NCBI GenBank assembly: GCA_965247115.1
Contig: CBDFGR010000003.1
Coordinates: forward strand, 448,001-512,000
DNA length: 64,000 bases
Reading direction: 5' to 3'
Source: Myxococcota bacterium
GTDB lineage: Bacteria > Myxococcota_A > UBA9160 > SZUA-336
Program-made: the position numbers and the translations under genes
Notes under the pieces: generated by a model
What the model was told of the DNA's origin: nothing
Database searches by the model: none
What the model saw: only the letters and a program-made list of their open reading frames with translations
Shown: piece after piece, positions 9,035 through 18,939 of the stretch
Position numbering within the stretch: position 1 is the first letter of the stretch
How the letters are laid out: every line of letters begins with the position of its first letter

Positions 9035-11509
9035 ATGCTAGTAAATCTACTGAGAACACTTGCGAACATTTTCGCGGTGCTCGCGTTGAGTTTCGGCACA
9101 GGCTCCTGGGCCCTGGCCGACGACGAGCCGATGGAAGGGGAGGCTGCCGAGGTCGCGCCTGCAGAGGAGGCGGCGGCTCCGGAGCCCGCGCCGCGGTACG
9201 CCGGCGGCATCGAGGAGATCACGGTCACCGCCACCAAGCGCGAGGCGAACATCCAGGACGTGCCGATTGCGATCAGCGCGTTCACCGGTGATGACCTGCA
9301 ACGCCGCGGTATCCAGGAGCTCGAGGCCCTGCAACAGGTGGCTCCCAGCCTCATCGCCTACACGAGCAACAGCGAGTCGAACGGCGGCACCCTGCGGATT
9401 CGAGGGATGGGGACGACCGGAAACAATGCGGGCCTGGAGGCGGCCGTCGGGACCTTCATCGACGGCGTCTATCGCAGCCGCTCGGGCCAGGCCTTCTCGG
9501 AGCTGCTCGACATCGAGCGCGTGGAGATCTTGCGCGGACCCCAGGGAACGCTGTTCGGGAAGAACACGTCCGCCGGAGCCGTGCACATCCTCACCGCGAA
9601 GCCCGAGTTCGACTTCAACGGACGCGCGTCGTACACGATCGGAGACTACAACTACGACAAGGGCACGCTCGGCGTGACCGGACCCCTGATCGAGGAGACG
9701 CTGGCCTACCGCCTTGCGGCGATGTTCTCCCAGCGCGAGGGCTACTACAACGACATCGCATCGAGCGACAAGTTCTCGGACCGCGATCGCTGGTCGATCA
9801 AGGGACAGCTGCTGTGGACGCCCACCGACACGATGGACGTGCGCCTCATCTATGACTACACGGATCGCGACGAGAGCTGCTGCCCGGCCATCTTCAAGGA
9901 CCATGGGCCGACCACGCCAGTTGTGGAACTACTTGGCGGGTACACGGGGCCGAGTGACCCCTCGAGCCTCGACGTCGGCGTGAACGGAGACCCCTTCGAG
10001 AAGGTGACAGATCAGGGCCTCTCTCTGGAGCTCAACTGGGATCTCGGGCCCGACATGACGCTGACGTCGGTAACGGCGTGGCGCGACTACCGGGTGAATC
10101 GGGGCCAGGACGTCGACTTCACGAGCGCGGATATCCTGTCGCTCCGCGACGAGAACGAGAAGTGGAAGAACTTCAGCACGGAGCTCCGACTCGTCGGCAC
10201 GACCGGCCCGGTGGACTGGCTGGTCGGTGCCTACACGTACCAGGAGCGCTTCGATACCAGGCTGGCGACCCCGTTCGGATCAGTGGGTCCCAGCTATGTG
10301 GGGATTCTCCTCGAAGGGGCGAGCGCGGTGGAATCGTCCGTCGCTGAGGTAGCGGGGTTCCTGTTCCCTGGCGACTCCGGCGGCGCGCAGCGCTACGACC
10401 AGGATACCGAGGGGTTTTCGTTCTTCACCCACAATACCTGGCACATTACGGACCGGCTCTCCTTCACCGCCGGCGGACGCTACTCGAAGGAGAAGAAGAA
10501 AGGAAAGTCCAGCGTCCAGAACGGCGATCTCGGGCTCGAGCCCCTGCCCCTCCCAGGGGGCCTCTCCAGCAACGAGTCGTGGTGCAATGGACTCGTGACG
10601 GTTGACGCTGTCGGTGGTCCGCTCCCGCTGCGGATCATCCCGGGCCTCGAGGCCCTCTGCGACAATGCCGGTCACTTCGATAACACGACCGAGCGCGAGG
10701 TATCGGGCACCTTCAAGCTCGCATACCAGCTCACCGACGACGTCAGCACCTACGGGTCCTACTCCCGCGGCTACAAGGCCGGAGGCTTCAATCTCGACCC
10801 GAACGCCAATCAGCTGGTCACGAATCTCGCGACCGGGGCCACGCGCTATCAGGACGAGTCGAATTTCAAGCCCGAGTTCGCTGACGCCTACGAGGTCGGC
10901 CTGAAGGCGCAGCTGTTCGACAACAGGCTGACCGTGAACTCGGCCGTGTTCTACACACAGTTCGAGGACTTCCAGCTCAATACGTTCAAGGGGCTGTTCT
11001 TCACGGTCTCCAACCTGCCAGAGGTCACCTCCCGCGGGGTCGAGGTGGAGACGTTCTTCGAACTCGCACCAGGGGTCAGCGGCAGCCTTGGAGGGACCTA
11101 CGCCATCACGCGCTACTCCAACGATGTAGGCGGGAATCCACCTCAGCTCTCAGGCCAGCGCATCACCCACTCGCCGCGCTTCCAGGGCAGCGGATCGCTG
11201 CTGGTGGAGCAGCCCATACCGGGCACCTCGTTCATGGGCTTCCTGAGTACCTCGGTCTCCTTCCAGAGCGAGCACAACACGGGCTCCGATCTCGACCTGC
11301 AGAAGGACGAGCACGCCTCCTGGTTCGTGAACGCACAGGTAGGCGCACGCACGGACGACGAGCGCTACGAGGTGGTCTTCTGGGTCACGAACCTGACCGA
11401 CAAGTCCCGGAACTCGGTCGTGTTCGACTCGGTGTTCCAGGGCGGGAGCTACCACACGTTCGTAACGCAGCCGCGCATGATGGGCGTGACGCTGACCACG
11501 CACTTCTAG
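9035..11509 (+). CDS. TonB-dependent outer-membrane receptor
   Basis: Signal peptide, TonB box EEITVTA, plug motif IERVEILRGPQGTLFGKN, beta-barrel pattern, C-terminal Phe. Confidence 0.95.
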   Translation: MLVNLLRTLANIFAVLALSFGTGSWALADDEPMEGEAAEVAPAEEAAAPEPAPRYAGGIEEITVTATKREANIQDVPIAISAFTGDDLQRRGIQELEALQQVAPSLIAYTSNSESNGGTLRIRGMGTTGNNAGLEAAVGTFIDGVYRSRSGQAFSELLDIERVEILRGPQGTLFGKNTSAGAVHILTAKPEFDFNGRASYTIGDYNYDKGTLGVTGPLIEETLAYRLAAMFSQREGYYNDIASSDKFSDRDRWSIKGQLLWTPTDTMDVRLIYDYTDRDESCCPAIFKDHGPTTPVVELLGGYTGPSDPSSLDVGVNGDPFEKVTDQGLSLELNWDLGPDMTLTSVTAWRDYRVNRGQDVDFTSADILSLRDENEKWKNFSTELRLVGTTGPVDWLVGAYTYQERFDTRLATPFGSVGPSYVGILLEGASAVESSVAEVAGFLFPGDSGGAQRYDQDTEGFSFFTHNTWHITDRLSFTAGGRYSKEKKKGKSSVQNGDLGLEPLPLPGGLSSNESWCNGLVTVDAVGGPLPLRIIPGLEALCDNAGHFDNTTEREVSGTFKLAYQLTDDVSTYGSYSRGYKAGGFNLDPNANQLVTNLATGATRYQDESNFKPEFADAYEVGLKAQLFDNRLTVNSAVFYTQFEDFQLNTFKGLFFTVSNLPEVTSRGVEVETFFELAPGVSGSLGGTYAITRYSNDVGGNPPQLSGQRITHSPRFQGSGSLLVEQPIPGTSFMGFLSTSVSFQSEHNTGSDLDLQKDEHASWFVNAQVGARTDDERYEVVFWVTNLTDKSRNSVVFDSVFQGGSYHTFVTQPRMMGVTLTTHF

Positions 11510-11525
11510 GCCAAGCTCTCCATGT

Positions 11526-11555
11526 TCCCCCGGGCGGGCCCACCCGCCCGGGGGA
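11526..11555. terminator. Perfect 13-bp stem hairpin between convergent genes; probable terminator
   Basis: TCCCCCGGGCGGG-CCCA-CCCGCCCGGGGGA; no clear U-tract. Confidence 0.6.
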
Positions 11556-11567
11556 TCCGGCGTTCGC

Positions 11568-12071
11568 TCACTCCTCGGCGGCCTGGGACGGGATGCACTT
11601 GAGCACCTCCCACGAGCAGCGGCTGTCGGCGTTCACGCCGCTGTGACGGCGCCCGACGGCCCTGAAGTCGGCGACGACGCCGTTCTGTATCTCGAAGCTG
11701 AGGCGGCAGACCCCGTTGGCAGTGTCGGGCCGCTGGCGACCACTCGAGGTGGGGCGGCCCTGCGGAGCTGCATAGGGCACCGACAAGCCAGGTAGGCGAT
11801 CACCGGCTGGGAGGCTGACCGAGGGCGGCCTCGGCATCCGGTCGACCCCGGCCAGGGCCGGGTCGAGCTGTTCCCCACGGGGCCGCGGCAAGGCCGCGTT
11901 GTAGACCCAGAGCTGGTGATTCTCGCTCCCCAGGGGAATCAAGCTCAGGGGTGGCCCCAGGCAATTGACGACGCTTCGCGCAGCGATCCCCACCACGCGG
12001 CTGCGAACCTCGTCCGCGCTGAGAGTGACACAGGCGATCAAGGAGGCGGCTAGGACAGCAGTCCGGAGCAT
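11568..12071 (-). CDS. Hypothetical lipoprotein (SmpA/BamE-like small-domain pattern possible)
   Basis: MLRTAVLAASLIAC lipobox; CLGPP...WVY and CRLSF motifs. Confidence 0.6.
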   Translation of the reverse strand: MLRTAVLAASLIACVTLSADEVRSRVVGIAARSVVNCLGPPLSLIPLGSENHQLWVYNAALPRPRGEQLDPALAGVDRMPRPPSVSLPAGDRLPGLSVPYAAPQGRPTSSGRQRPDTANGVCRLSFEIQNGVVADFRAVGRRHSGVNADSRCSWEVLKCIPSQAAEE

Positions 12072-12152
12072 CGACACGGCTCGTCCTCTCGCCCACCAGA
12101 CCACAGGCGCGGTATGGCGTCAACACTTTGGTCCGGGGAGTAAGCTGGCCGC

Positions 12153-12965
12153 GTGGGACTGGCGAGCCTTCCCTGGTACGACATGGCGGAGATCCGTTGG
12201 GCGCAGGACGTGCTCTGGGGCGCCATTGCTCGAGACCTGCGCGGGAGCGGCTGGCGGGAAGTCCCGGCAACTCTCGAACGCAGCCAGGCCTACACCGCGC
12301 AGTGGGTAGACACGGAGCTGCTGCTGAGCCAGGCCTGCGGCTACGACGTGCTGTACGGATTCGGGGACGTGCTCAGGCTGGTCGCAACACCTCGCTTCGC
12401 GGCTCCCGGCTGCGACGGTCCGAACTACTCGAGCTACATCGTCGCGCGCGATCGCTCTCCCTACGAGAAGCTGGAAGACCTCCGAGGGGCACGGGCCGCG
12501 ATCAACGCGCCAACCTCGCACTCCGGGGCCAACGCTCTGCGCCACCGAGTGGCCCCGCTGCAGCAGGAGGGGCGCTTCTTCGCCAGCGTTCGTACGAGCG
12601 GGAGCCACGAGCAGAGCCTTCGGCTCATCCGGGAGAACGCGGCCGACGTGACAGCCATCGACTGCGTCACGCATGCACTGCTCGCGAAACACAGACCCAC
12701 CGCCATCGCCGGCATCCGGGTGCTCGAGAGCACAGCGCTCGTGCCTGCTCCTCCGTTCGTCACGGCTGCCGGGACGCCGGCTGGAGCTGTCGACGAGCTG
12801 CGCGAGGTGCTCCGTACTGCTCTGGGAGCTGCGGAGACCGAGGTCGCGCGCGATGCGTTGCTGCTCGAGGGCGTAGAGGAGCTTCCACTCCGCGCGTATC
12901 AGCCCATCGCAGCAATGAGGCAGGCGGCTGACGACCTGGGCTACACCGAGATTCCTTCCGCGTAG
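12153..12965 (+). CDS. PhnD-like phosphate/phosphonate-type substrate-binding protein (orphan, no obvious signal peptide)
   Basis: ASLPWYD, LSQACG, YSSYIVAR, SHSG, SGSH...ADVTAID motifs. Confidence 0.8.
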   Translation: MGLASLPWYDMAEIRWAQDVLWGAIARDLRGSGWREVPATLERSQAYTAQWVDTELLLSQACGYDVLYGFGDVLRLVATPRFAAPGCDGPNYSSYIVARDRSPYEKLEDLRGARAAINAPTSHSGANALRHRVAPLQQEGRFFASVRTSGSHEQSLRLIRENAADVTAIDCVTHALLAKHRPTAIAGIRVLESTALVPAPPFVTAAGTPAGAVDELREVLRTALGAAETEVARDALLLEGVEELPLRAYQPIAAMRQAADDLGYTEIPSA

Positions 12966-13094
12966 CGCAAGGGGTGGATCCAATTCAATCCGCATCCTCG
13001 GGGCCTGCGCCCGAGGGTACGCAAAATGCCTACTCGTCTGTTCCTCGCTCTGATAGGGTCGGCTCCTTTCCCCCAACCGTCGAGGAGACCTCCA

Positions 13095-13787
13095 ATGCCC
13101 TTGATCCAACTTCTCCGCGTGTCCGTACACCCGCGCGGAGTTCAGAGCTACGAGAGACTCGTGCGCTACATCGCCGGGCGGGCGCGCGAGGATGCAGACA
13201 CGTTCGGGTGGAGCACCCGCCAGGTCAACGGCGTCGAGGGTCAGCAGTACGTGTTCATCGCGCCGGCCGAGGGTTACGCCGAGCTCGCCGCCCGCGAGCC
13301 CATCGACGCCATGGTGCGGCGGCTGCTCGGTGAGGGCGACGGCAACGCCATCCTCGACGCACTCGCCGAGGGCATCGAGTCACAGAGCTTCAGCGTGTTG
13401 AGCCCCCGCGAGGACCTGAGCAATGCCCCACCACCCCTGGCTGCCCCTCCCCAGCTCGTCCACCACACGCTGGTCCACGTGCGCCCTGGCGGACAGGCCG
13501 CCTTCGAGGCGACGGTGGGCAAGGTCCTCGAGGCAGCGGCCAAGATCGGCGACAAGCGCCTGTTCCTGACGTCTCAGACGGTCATCGGGGACCTTGGCCA
13601 GTACAACATCGCCCAGCCCGTCGCGGATCCGGCCCAGCTGGACTCCCAGCTCACACCGCAGCAGCTGCTCGCCGAGGCCTTTGGCGAGCAGGAGGCCGGC
13701 GACATCATGGCAGCCGGACGGGAGCGCATGGAGAGCGTGGTCACCGCGCTGAGCGTCCTGCGTCCGGATCTCTCGGGTCAGGCCTGA
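13095..13787 (+). CDS. Hypothetical protein with two tandem ferredoxin-like (NIPSNAP/dimeric alpha-beta barrel-like) repeats
   Basis: GAGGAG RBS; internal duplication (VSVHPRGVQSYE...VLSPREDLS / VHVRPGGQAAFE...LSVLRPDLS). Confidence 0.7.
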   Translation: MPLIQLLRVSVHPRGVQSYERLVRYIAGRAREDADTFGWSTRQVNGVEGQQYVFIAPAEGYAELAAREPIDAMVRRLLGEGDGNAILDALAEGIESQSFSVLSPREDLSNAPPPLAAPPQLVHHTLVHVRPGGQAAFEATVGKVLEAAAKIGDKRLFLTSQTVIGDLGQYNIAQPVADPAQLDSQLTPQQLLAEAFGEQEAGDIMAAGRERMESVVTALSVLRPDLSGQA

Positions 13788-13807
13788 GCCGCTAGCGAGC
13801 CAAGCGG

Positions 13808-13844
13808 AGCGGCCGGTCGGGAGCGCCCCGGCCGGCCGCTTTCT
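13808..13844 (+). terminator. Probable Rho-independent terminator
   Basis: 14-bp stem AGCGGCCGGTCGGG / CCCGGCCGGCCGCT (one G-U pair) followed by a short T-rich run, 20 bp after the stop at 13787. Confidence 0.65.
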
Positions 13845-13887
13845 GGTACAGACGTCCCGCAGCCCCGCCGAAGAGCGAGCTGTTGCC

Positions 13888-14460
13888 ATGCGCGTCGCGT
13901 GCCTGCTCCACATCGTGCTCTTTGCGTTCCTGGGCTGCGTGTCGAACGTCGCCTGGATCGCATTCGTCGAGGGGCGAACGCAGGAGTTCGCTGTCTCCGT
14001 CCTGACCCCGCTGGTGCGGATGGCGGTAGCGTTCTCGATGTTCGGATTTGCTGCTGGGGTGGTCGCCGCGCTCCTCCACGCGCCCCACTACGAGTACCGC
14101 TACGCCGGCCGGGCGGCGCCGCTCTTCTGGGGTCTGCTCTGGGCACTGTGCTGCGCAATCCCCGGAGCTCTGGCCGGGACGGCCGTGGCCTGGTTCGAAC
14201 TCGGCTTCTTCACGCTCCTGCCGAGCCTGACCACGGGCCTCGCGGCGGGTGCCGGAGTCGGAACCGTCGTGTCGATCGTCAGCTGGATCAGCCTCACGCG
14301 AGGAGCCAAGCAAAGAAGACAGCTCCGCCGCCGACGGGCAACACCGACCCCGGCGCCGATCCGATCCGATAGTCGCGGAAGCGGACGCTGGAGAACGCCA
14401 GAGCAGAGCTCAGAGGCCGAGCCGGCCAAAGCACTGTCCGGAGAAGAAGAGCTCTGGTAG
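13888..14460 (+). CDS. Hypothetical integral membrane protein (about 4 TM)
   Basis: Several hydrophobic segments followed by a charged tail. Confidence 0.6.
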   Translation: MRVACLLHIVLFAFLGCVSNVAWIAFVEGRTQEFAVSVLTPLVRMAVAFSMFGFAAGVVAALLHAPHYEYRYAGRAAPLFWGLLWALCCAIPGALAGTAVAWFELGFFTLLPSLTTGLAAGAGVGTVVSIVSWISLTRGAKQRRQLRRRRATPTPAPIRSDSRGSGRWRTPEQSSEAEPAKALSGEEELW

Positions 14461-14530
14461 TCGGACGTGGTCGAGGCTGGCAGGCGAGCAGCTCGGAGGG
14501 TGACGTCTAGAGCGGACGCATACCGCGCGA

Positions 14531-15373
14531 CTATGCGTCCGGCGCTGGGCTGCTCAGGATCAGCAGCCCCCGCCCGTAGTGGAAGATGAGCTCGAAGGCG
14601 TGGCCACCCTTCAGCCGCACACCCTCGCGCGCAGCACCGACCTCGAGATGGATCCCGTCATCGCCCAGGTTCGAGATCACGTTCTCGACAAGCGCGTGGA
14701 GCAGCTCGCCCAGGCCGTGCGCCAGCCACTCCTGCTCCGGGTCCTCCTCCGGCACGCCGACGAGGGCCATCGCGATCGCCTCTGCAGAGCTGCGATCCGT
14801 TGCCAGCGCGAGATCCAGCCCGGCCACGCCTCCAACCGAGAGCGTGGCCGCGTGTGCGAACTCGCTGGTTCCCTCCCAGGGCTGATCCGACCCGGTCTTG
14901 GCGGGTGCGTTCAGCGCGCGCAGCGACAGCTTTGGCAGCAGCTCGAGCGTGCGCTCTGCAATGGCGACTCCGCGTAACGCCTCGGGCAGGACCCGGTTCT
15001 CCGGCGCGTAGCCGCTCTGCTCGGCCTCGAAGCGGTCGAGTAGACCCTTCAGACGATCGCGATCCAGCGCGCCGAGCTCCACCAGCGCCTCCCCCACGCG
15101 AAGCTGGGCGGCTTCCTGGCGCTGCAGCAGCTCGGAGACCTGTCCGGAGGTCAGCAGCTCGAGCTCGATGGCGAGCTCGCCGAAGAGGCGATCCGTCCTT
15201 CGCTGGGCCAGGTTGATGCGTTCGGCCTGGGCCTCCGTCAGGTAGCCGGACCAACTCGCCCACTCGCCGAGCTTGCGGTTCCGCTCGCTCTGCAGATCGA
15301 GGGCTTCGAGGAGCGCGGCCTCGCTGATCTCGCCCGAGCTCACGAGGAATTGACCGAAGAACTGGACTGACAT
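14531..15373 (-). CDS. MshEN-like repeat protein with CheX/CheC-like C-terminal domain
   Basis: Four degenerate xLGxxLxxxGxxxxxxLxxxLxxQ units; C-terminal ...HGLGELLHALVEN resembles the CheX (D)xxGExxNxxxG helix. Confidence 0.7.
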   Translation of the reverse strand: MSVQFFGQFLVSSGEISEAALLEALDLQSERNRKLGEWASWSGYLTEAQAERINLAQRRTDRLFGELAIELELLTSGQVSELLQRQEAAQLRVGEALVELGALDRDRLKGLLDRFEAEQSGYAPENRVLPEALRGVAIAERTLELLPKLSLRALNAPAKTGSDQPWEGTSEFAHAATLSVGGVAGLDLALATDRSSAEAIAMALVGVPEEDPEQEWLAHGLGELLHALVENVISNLGDDGIHLEVGAAREGVRLKGGHAFELIFHYGRGLLILSSPAPDA

Positions 15374-15521
15374 CCCACGGGGCGAATCGACGGCGGCCTG
15401 GTGGATCTTTACGAGCGCGCCCTCGCGTGCCCTTTGCGGTACCATTCCGCCGCCCCCTCCCATGCGTCCCCTTGGGCGGGGTGCACCTAAGTCACTGATA
15501 TTCCTAGCGGGAGACCAGTCG

Positions 15522-15815
15522 ATGCCCCAGGTCGTGATCGCCAGCCGGTTGGGAGACGGCCACGTCGTCTACCTGGGCCGACACGGACGCTGGGTCGAGA
15601 TCATCGAAGAGGGTCGGATCACCGAGAGCGAGTCCGAAGGCGAGGAGGCCATGGAGAGCGCGAGGCTAGCGGAGAGCCGCCAGGAGGTGGTGGACCCCTA
15701 CCTGATCGAGGTGGTGGTAGGGGATGCGCGAGTCCGACCCGTGGAGACGCGAGAGCGAATCCGAGCCGCGGGACCCACGGTCCGTAAGGACCTCGGCAGG
15801 CAGGCGGAGGGCTGA
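15522..15815 (+). CDS. DUF2849 family protein (sulfite-reductase associated)
   Basis: IASRLGDGHVVYL, VVDPYLIEV, RERIRAAGPTV; directly upstream of the sulfite reductase. Confidence 0.85.
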   Translation: MPQVVIASRLGDGHVVYLGRHGRWVEIIEEGRITESESEGEEAMESARLAESRQEVVDPYLIEVVVGDARVRPVETRERIRAAGPTVRKDLGRQAEG

Positions 15816-15824
15816 GGCCGGAGC

Positions 15825-17480
15825 ATGTACCAGTACGACGAATTCGACCAGCAGCTGGTCGACGAGCGCGTCGAGCAGTTCCGGCGCCAGGTCAAGCGAC
15901 GCCTGGACGGCGAGCTCAGCGAAGAGCAGTTCAAGCCGCTGCGCCTCCTGAACGGGCTCTACCTGCAGCTGCACGCCTACATGCTGCGCATCGCCATCCC
16001 CTACGGAGCCCTGTCCTCGACGCAGCTCCGGAAGCTGGCCTTCATCGCACGCCGCTACGACCGGGGCTACGGCCACTTCACCACGCGCCAGAACCTGCAG
16101 TTCCACTGGCCGAAGCTCGAGGAGACACCAGACATCCTGGCCGAGCTGGCACAGGTCCAGATGCACGGCATCCAGACCAGTGGCAACTCGTTCCGCAACG
16201 TCACGACCGACGAGTATGCGGGAGCCGCCGCGGACGAGCTCGAGGACCCGCGCATCTACTGCGAGATCATCCGGCAGTGGTCGACACTGCACCCGGAGTT
16301 CTCGTTTCTCCCGCGCAAGTTCAAGATCGCGGTGACCGCGTCCCCGAGAGATCGGGCCGCGGTGCGCGTGCACGACATCGGGCTGCGCCTGCACCAGAAC
16401 GACGAGGGGGAGGCCGGCTTCGAGGTCATGGTCGGCGGGGGGCTGGGCCGCACCCCCTTCGTGGGGAAGACGATTCGGCCGTTTCTGCCGAAGCAGCAGC
16501 TGCTCTCCTATCTGGAGGCAATCCTGCGCGTCTACAACCAGCGGGGTCGACGCGACAACCTGTTCAAGGCGCGCATCAAGATCCTGGTCCAGCAGACGGG
16601 CATCGAGAAGTTCACCGAGCTCGTCGAGGAGGAGTGGAAGCAGATCCGGGACGGCGCGCTCGAGCTGCCCCCCGAGGAGATCGCGAGCATCGCGGAGCAC
16701 TTCGCACCCCCGTGCTACGAGGAGCTCGCTACCGAGGACCCGGCGTTCGAGGCGAGGCGCGCTGAGAACTCCGCGTTCCGGAGCTGGGTGGAGACGAACG
16801 TGTTCCCCCACAGGCAGGCGGGCTACGCGATCGCGAACGTGTCTCTCAAGCCCGTGGGCGGAACGCCCGGCGACATGAGCGCGGAGCAGATGGACGCCGT
16901 GGCCAAGCTGGCAGACCGCTACAGCTTTGGCGAGATCCGCGTGAGCCACCGACAGAACCTGGTGCTCGCGCACGTGAAGCAGTCGGACCTGTTCGGACTC
17001 TGGGAGCAGCTCGCAGCGCTCGAGCTGGCCACTCCGAACATCGGGCTCACGTCTGACATCATCAGCTGCCCCGGACTCGATTATTGCGGGCTCGCAACGG
17101 CTCGCTCGATCCCGATCGCCCAGCAGATCAGCGAGCGCTTCAAAGATCTGGACCGACTGCACCAGATCGGCGAAGTCGAGATCAAGATCTCAGGCTGCAT
17201 CAACGCCTGCGGCCACCACCACGTGGGTCACATCGGGATCCTCGGCCTCGACAAGGCTGGCGAGGAGTTCTACCAGGTGACGCTCGGCGGCTCGGCTTCC
17301 GAAGCCGCGGCGCTGGGCAAGGTCGTGGGTCCGGGCTTCTCGAGCAGCGAGATCGTCGACGCCGTGGAGACGATCCTCGATACCTACGTCGACATCCGCG
17401 AGGGGAGTGAGCGCTTCATCGACACCTTCCGGCGCGTCGGCTTCGAGCCCTTCAAGGACCGGCTGTACGCCGACGCGTAG
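15825..17480 (+). CDS. cysI: Siroheme/[4Fe-4S] sulfite (nitrite/sulfite) reductase hemoprotein
   Basis: GHFTTRQN, LPRKFK, CPGLDYC and SGCINACG cluster-binding motifs. Confidence 0.9.
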   Translation: MYQYDEFDQQLVDERVEQFRRQVKRRLDGELSEEQFKPLRLLNGLYLQLHAYMLRIAIPYGALSSTQLRKLAFIARRYDRGYGHFTTRQNLQFHWPKLEETPDILAELAQVQMHGIQTSGNSFRNVTTDEYAGAAADELEDPRIYCEIIRQWSTLHPEFSFLPRKFKIAVTASPRDRAAVRVHDIGLRLHQNDEGEAGFEVMVGGGLGRTPFVGKTIRPFLPKQQLLSYLEAILRVYNQRGRRDNLFKARIKILVQQTGIEKFTELVEEEWKQIRDGALELPPEEIASIAEHFAPPCYEELATEDPAFEARRAENSAFRSWVETNVFPHRQAGYAIANVSLKPVGGTPGDMSAEQMDAVAKLADRYSFGEIRVSHRQNLVLAHVKQSDLFGLWEQLAALELATPNIGLTSDIISCPGLDYCGLATARSIPIAQQISERFKDLDRLHQIGEVEIKISGCINACGHHHVGHIGILGLDKAGEEFYQVTLGGSASEAAALGKVVGPGFSSSEIVDAVETILDTYVDIREGSERFIDTFRRVGFEPFKDRLYADA

Positions 17481-17482
17481 GC

Positions 17483-17983
17483 ATGGCACTGCTCGTGGAT
17501 GGAAAGCTGGTGGACGACCCCTGGCTCGTCCCGGGAGACGAGGACGATCTCCCTGCGGGCAAGCCCATCGTCGTGAGCCTGAGCCGCTGGCAGGCCGAGC
17601 GCGACACTCTTGTCGGGCGCGAGGCGGGTCTGGGGATTCGGCTGCGGAGTGACGAGTCGCCGGCGCAGATCGCCGACGCTGTCGAACACTTCGAGCTGAT
17701 CGAGCTCGAGTTCCCCGCCTTCAAGGATGGGCGCGCGTACTCGTATGCGCGCCTGCTCCGAGAGCGCTTCGGCTACCATGGAGAGCTGCGCGCGGTGGGA
17801 GACGTGCTGCTCGAGCAGCTCCTCTTCATGCACCGCTGCGGCTTCAACGCCTTCGAGATCGATAGCCAGAACGCTCTCGACGACTGGGTGACGGCGACCT
17901 CCGAGATCAGCGTCTGGTACCAGCCGACCGCTGACGGTCAGGCGACAGCGCTTCAGCTGCGCCGCTCGCGAAGGGGCGTCTAG
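17483..17983 (+). CDS. DUF934 family protein
   Basis: FPAFKDGRAYSYARLLRER.GY.GELRAVGDVL signature. Confidence 0.9.
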   Translation: MALLVDGKLVDDPWLVPGDEDDLPAGKPIVVSLSRWQAERDTLVGREAGLGIRLRSDESPAQIADAVEHFELIELEFPAFKDGRAYSYARLLRERFGYHGELRAVGDVLLEQLLFMHRCGFNAFEIDSQNALDDWVTATSEISVWYQPTADGQATALQLRRSRRGV

Positions 17984-18939
17984 CCGGGCGCGTCGCAGGC
18001 GATCGCGATCTGATCGCGGCCGTGGCGCTTCGCAAAGTAGAGGCCCTCGTCCGCCAGCTGGATCACGCCCTGCCAGCGCCACTGGGGCTCCTCGGGCGAA
18101 GCGCTGGCAACGCCGCAGCTCACGGTCACGATGCCGTGCGGCGACTCCTCGTGGGGAAGCTCGAGGCTGCGTACCCCCTCGCAGATTCGCTCGCCGGCCC
18201 GAGCGGCCTCGACCCTGATGGTCTCGGGAAGCAGTACCAGCAGCTCCTCGCCACCAAAGCGGAACACCTGGTCCGCGCCGCGCAGTACGTCTACCAGCCG
18301 TCCCGCGATCTTCTTTAGCACGCGGTCGCCCGCGAGATGGCCGTAGTGATCGTTGTAGAGCTTGAACAGGTCCACGTCGCAGAGGGCCAGCGAGTAGGGC
18401 ACGTTTTCGCGTTGCAGCTGTTCATGCACCCTGGTCAAGCTCTCTTCCATCCAGCGGCGGTTCCCGATGCCGAGCAGCCCATCGAGTCTGGCCAGCTTGT
18501 CGAGACGCTTGTTCGCGGTGGTCAGATGCACAGTGCGTTCTTCGACCAGCTCCTGCATCAGGCGTCGGCTCAGCAGATCGCTCTGCGCCACTACGCCGAG
18601 CAGCCGGCCGTCACCGTCCACGACGGGGAGATGACGAATCGACACGCTCTGCGCGAGCGAGGCGGCGTCTTCCAGGTTGTCGGTCGAGCGGATGGTCGTG
18701 ACGGGAGACGACATCACCTCCTCGGCCAGCCTCCGGTCCTCCTCGCCCGCCAGCGCCCTGGTTGCGATCGCGACCGCGTCCCGCTCCGTGATCATGCCGA
18801 TCGGAACCTGACCCTCGCAGACCGGAACACAGGACACGCGGTTCTTGTGCATCTTCTCCAGGACCTCGGCGAGGGTGTCCTCTGGCTCCGCACAGAGGAC
18901 GTCCTTGGTCATGATGCTTTCGATGTTCCCGTAGCCCAT
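17980..18939 (-). CDS. CBS-pair diguanylate cyclase
   Basis: Two CBS domains; D.LLGIGNRR, DVDLFKLYNDHYGH, RFGGEEL active site. Confidence 0.9.
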   Translation of the reverse strand: MGYGNIESIMTKDVLCAEPEDTLAEVLEKMHKNRVSCVPVCEGQVPIGMITERDAVAIATRALAGEEDRRLAEEVMSSPVTTIRSTDNLEDAASLAQSVSIRHLPVVDGDGRLLGVVAQSDLLSRRLMQELVEERTVHLTTANKRLDKLARLDGLLGIGNRRWMEESLTRVHEQLQRENVPYSLALCDVDLFKLYNDHYGHLAGDRVLKKIAGRLVDVLRGADQVFRFGGEELLVLLPETIRVEAARAGERICEGVRSLELPHEESPHGIVTVSCGVASASPEEPQWRWQGVIQLADEGLYFAKRHGRDQIAIACDAPG

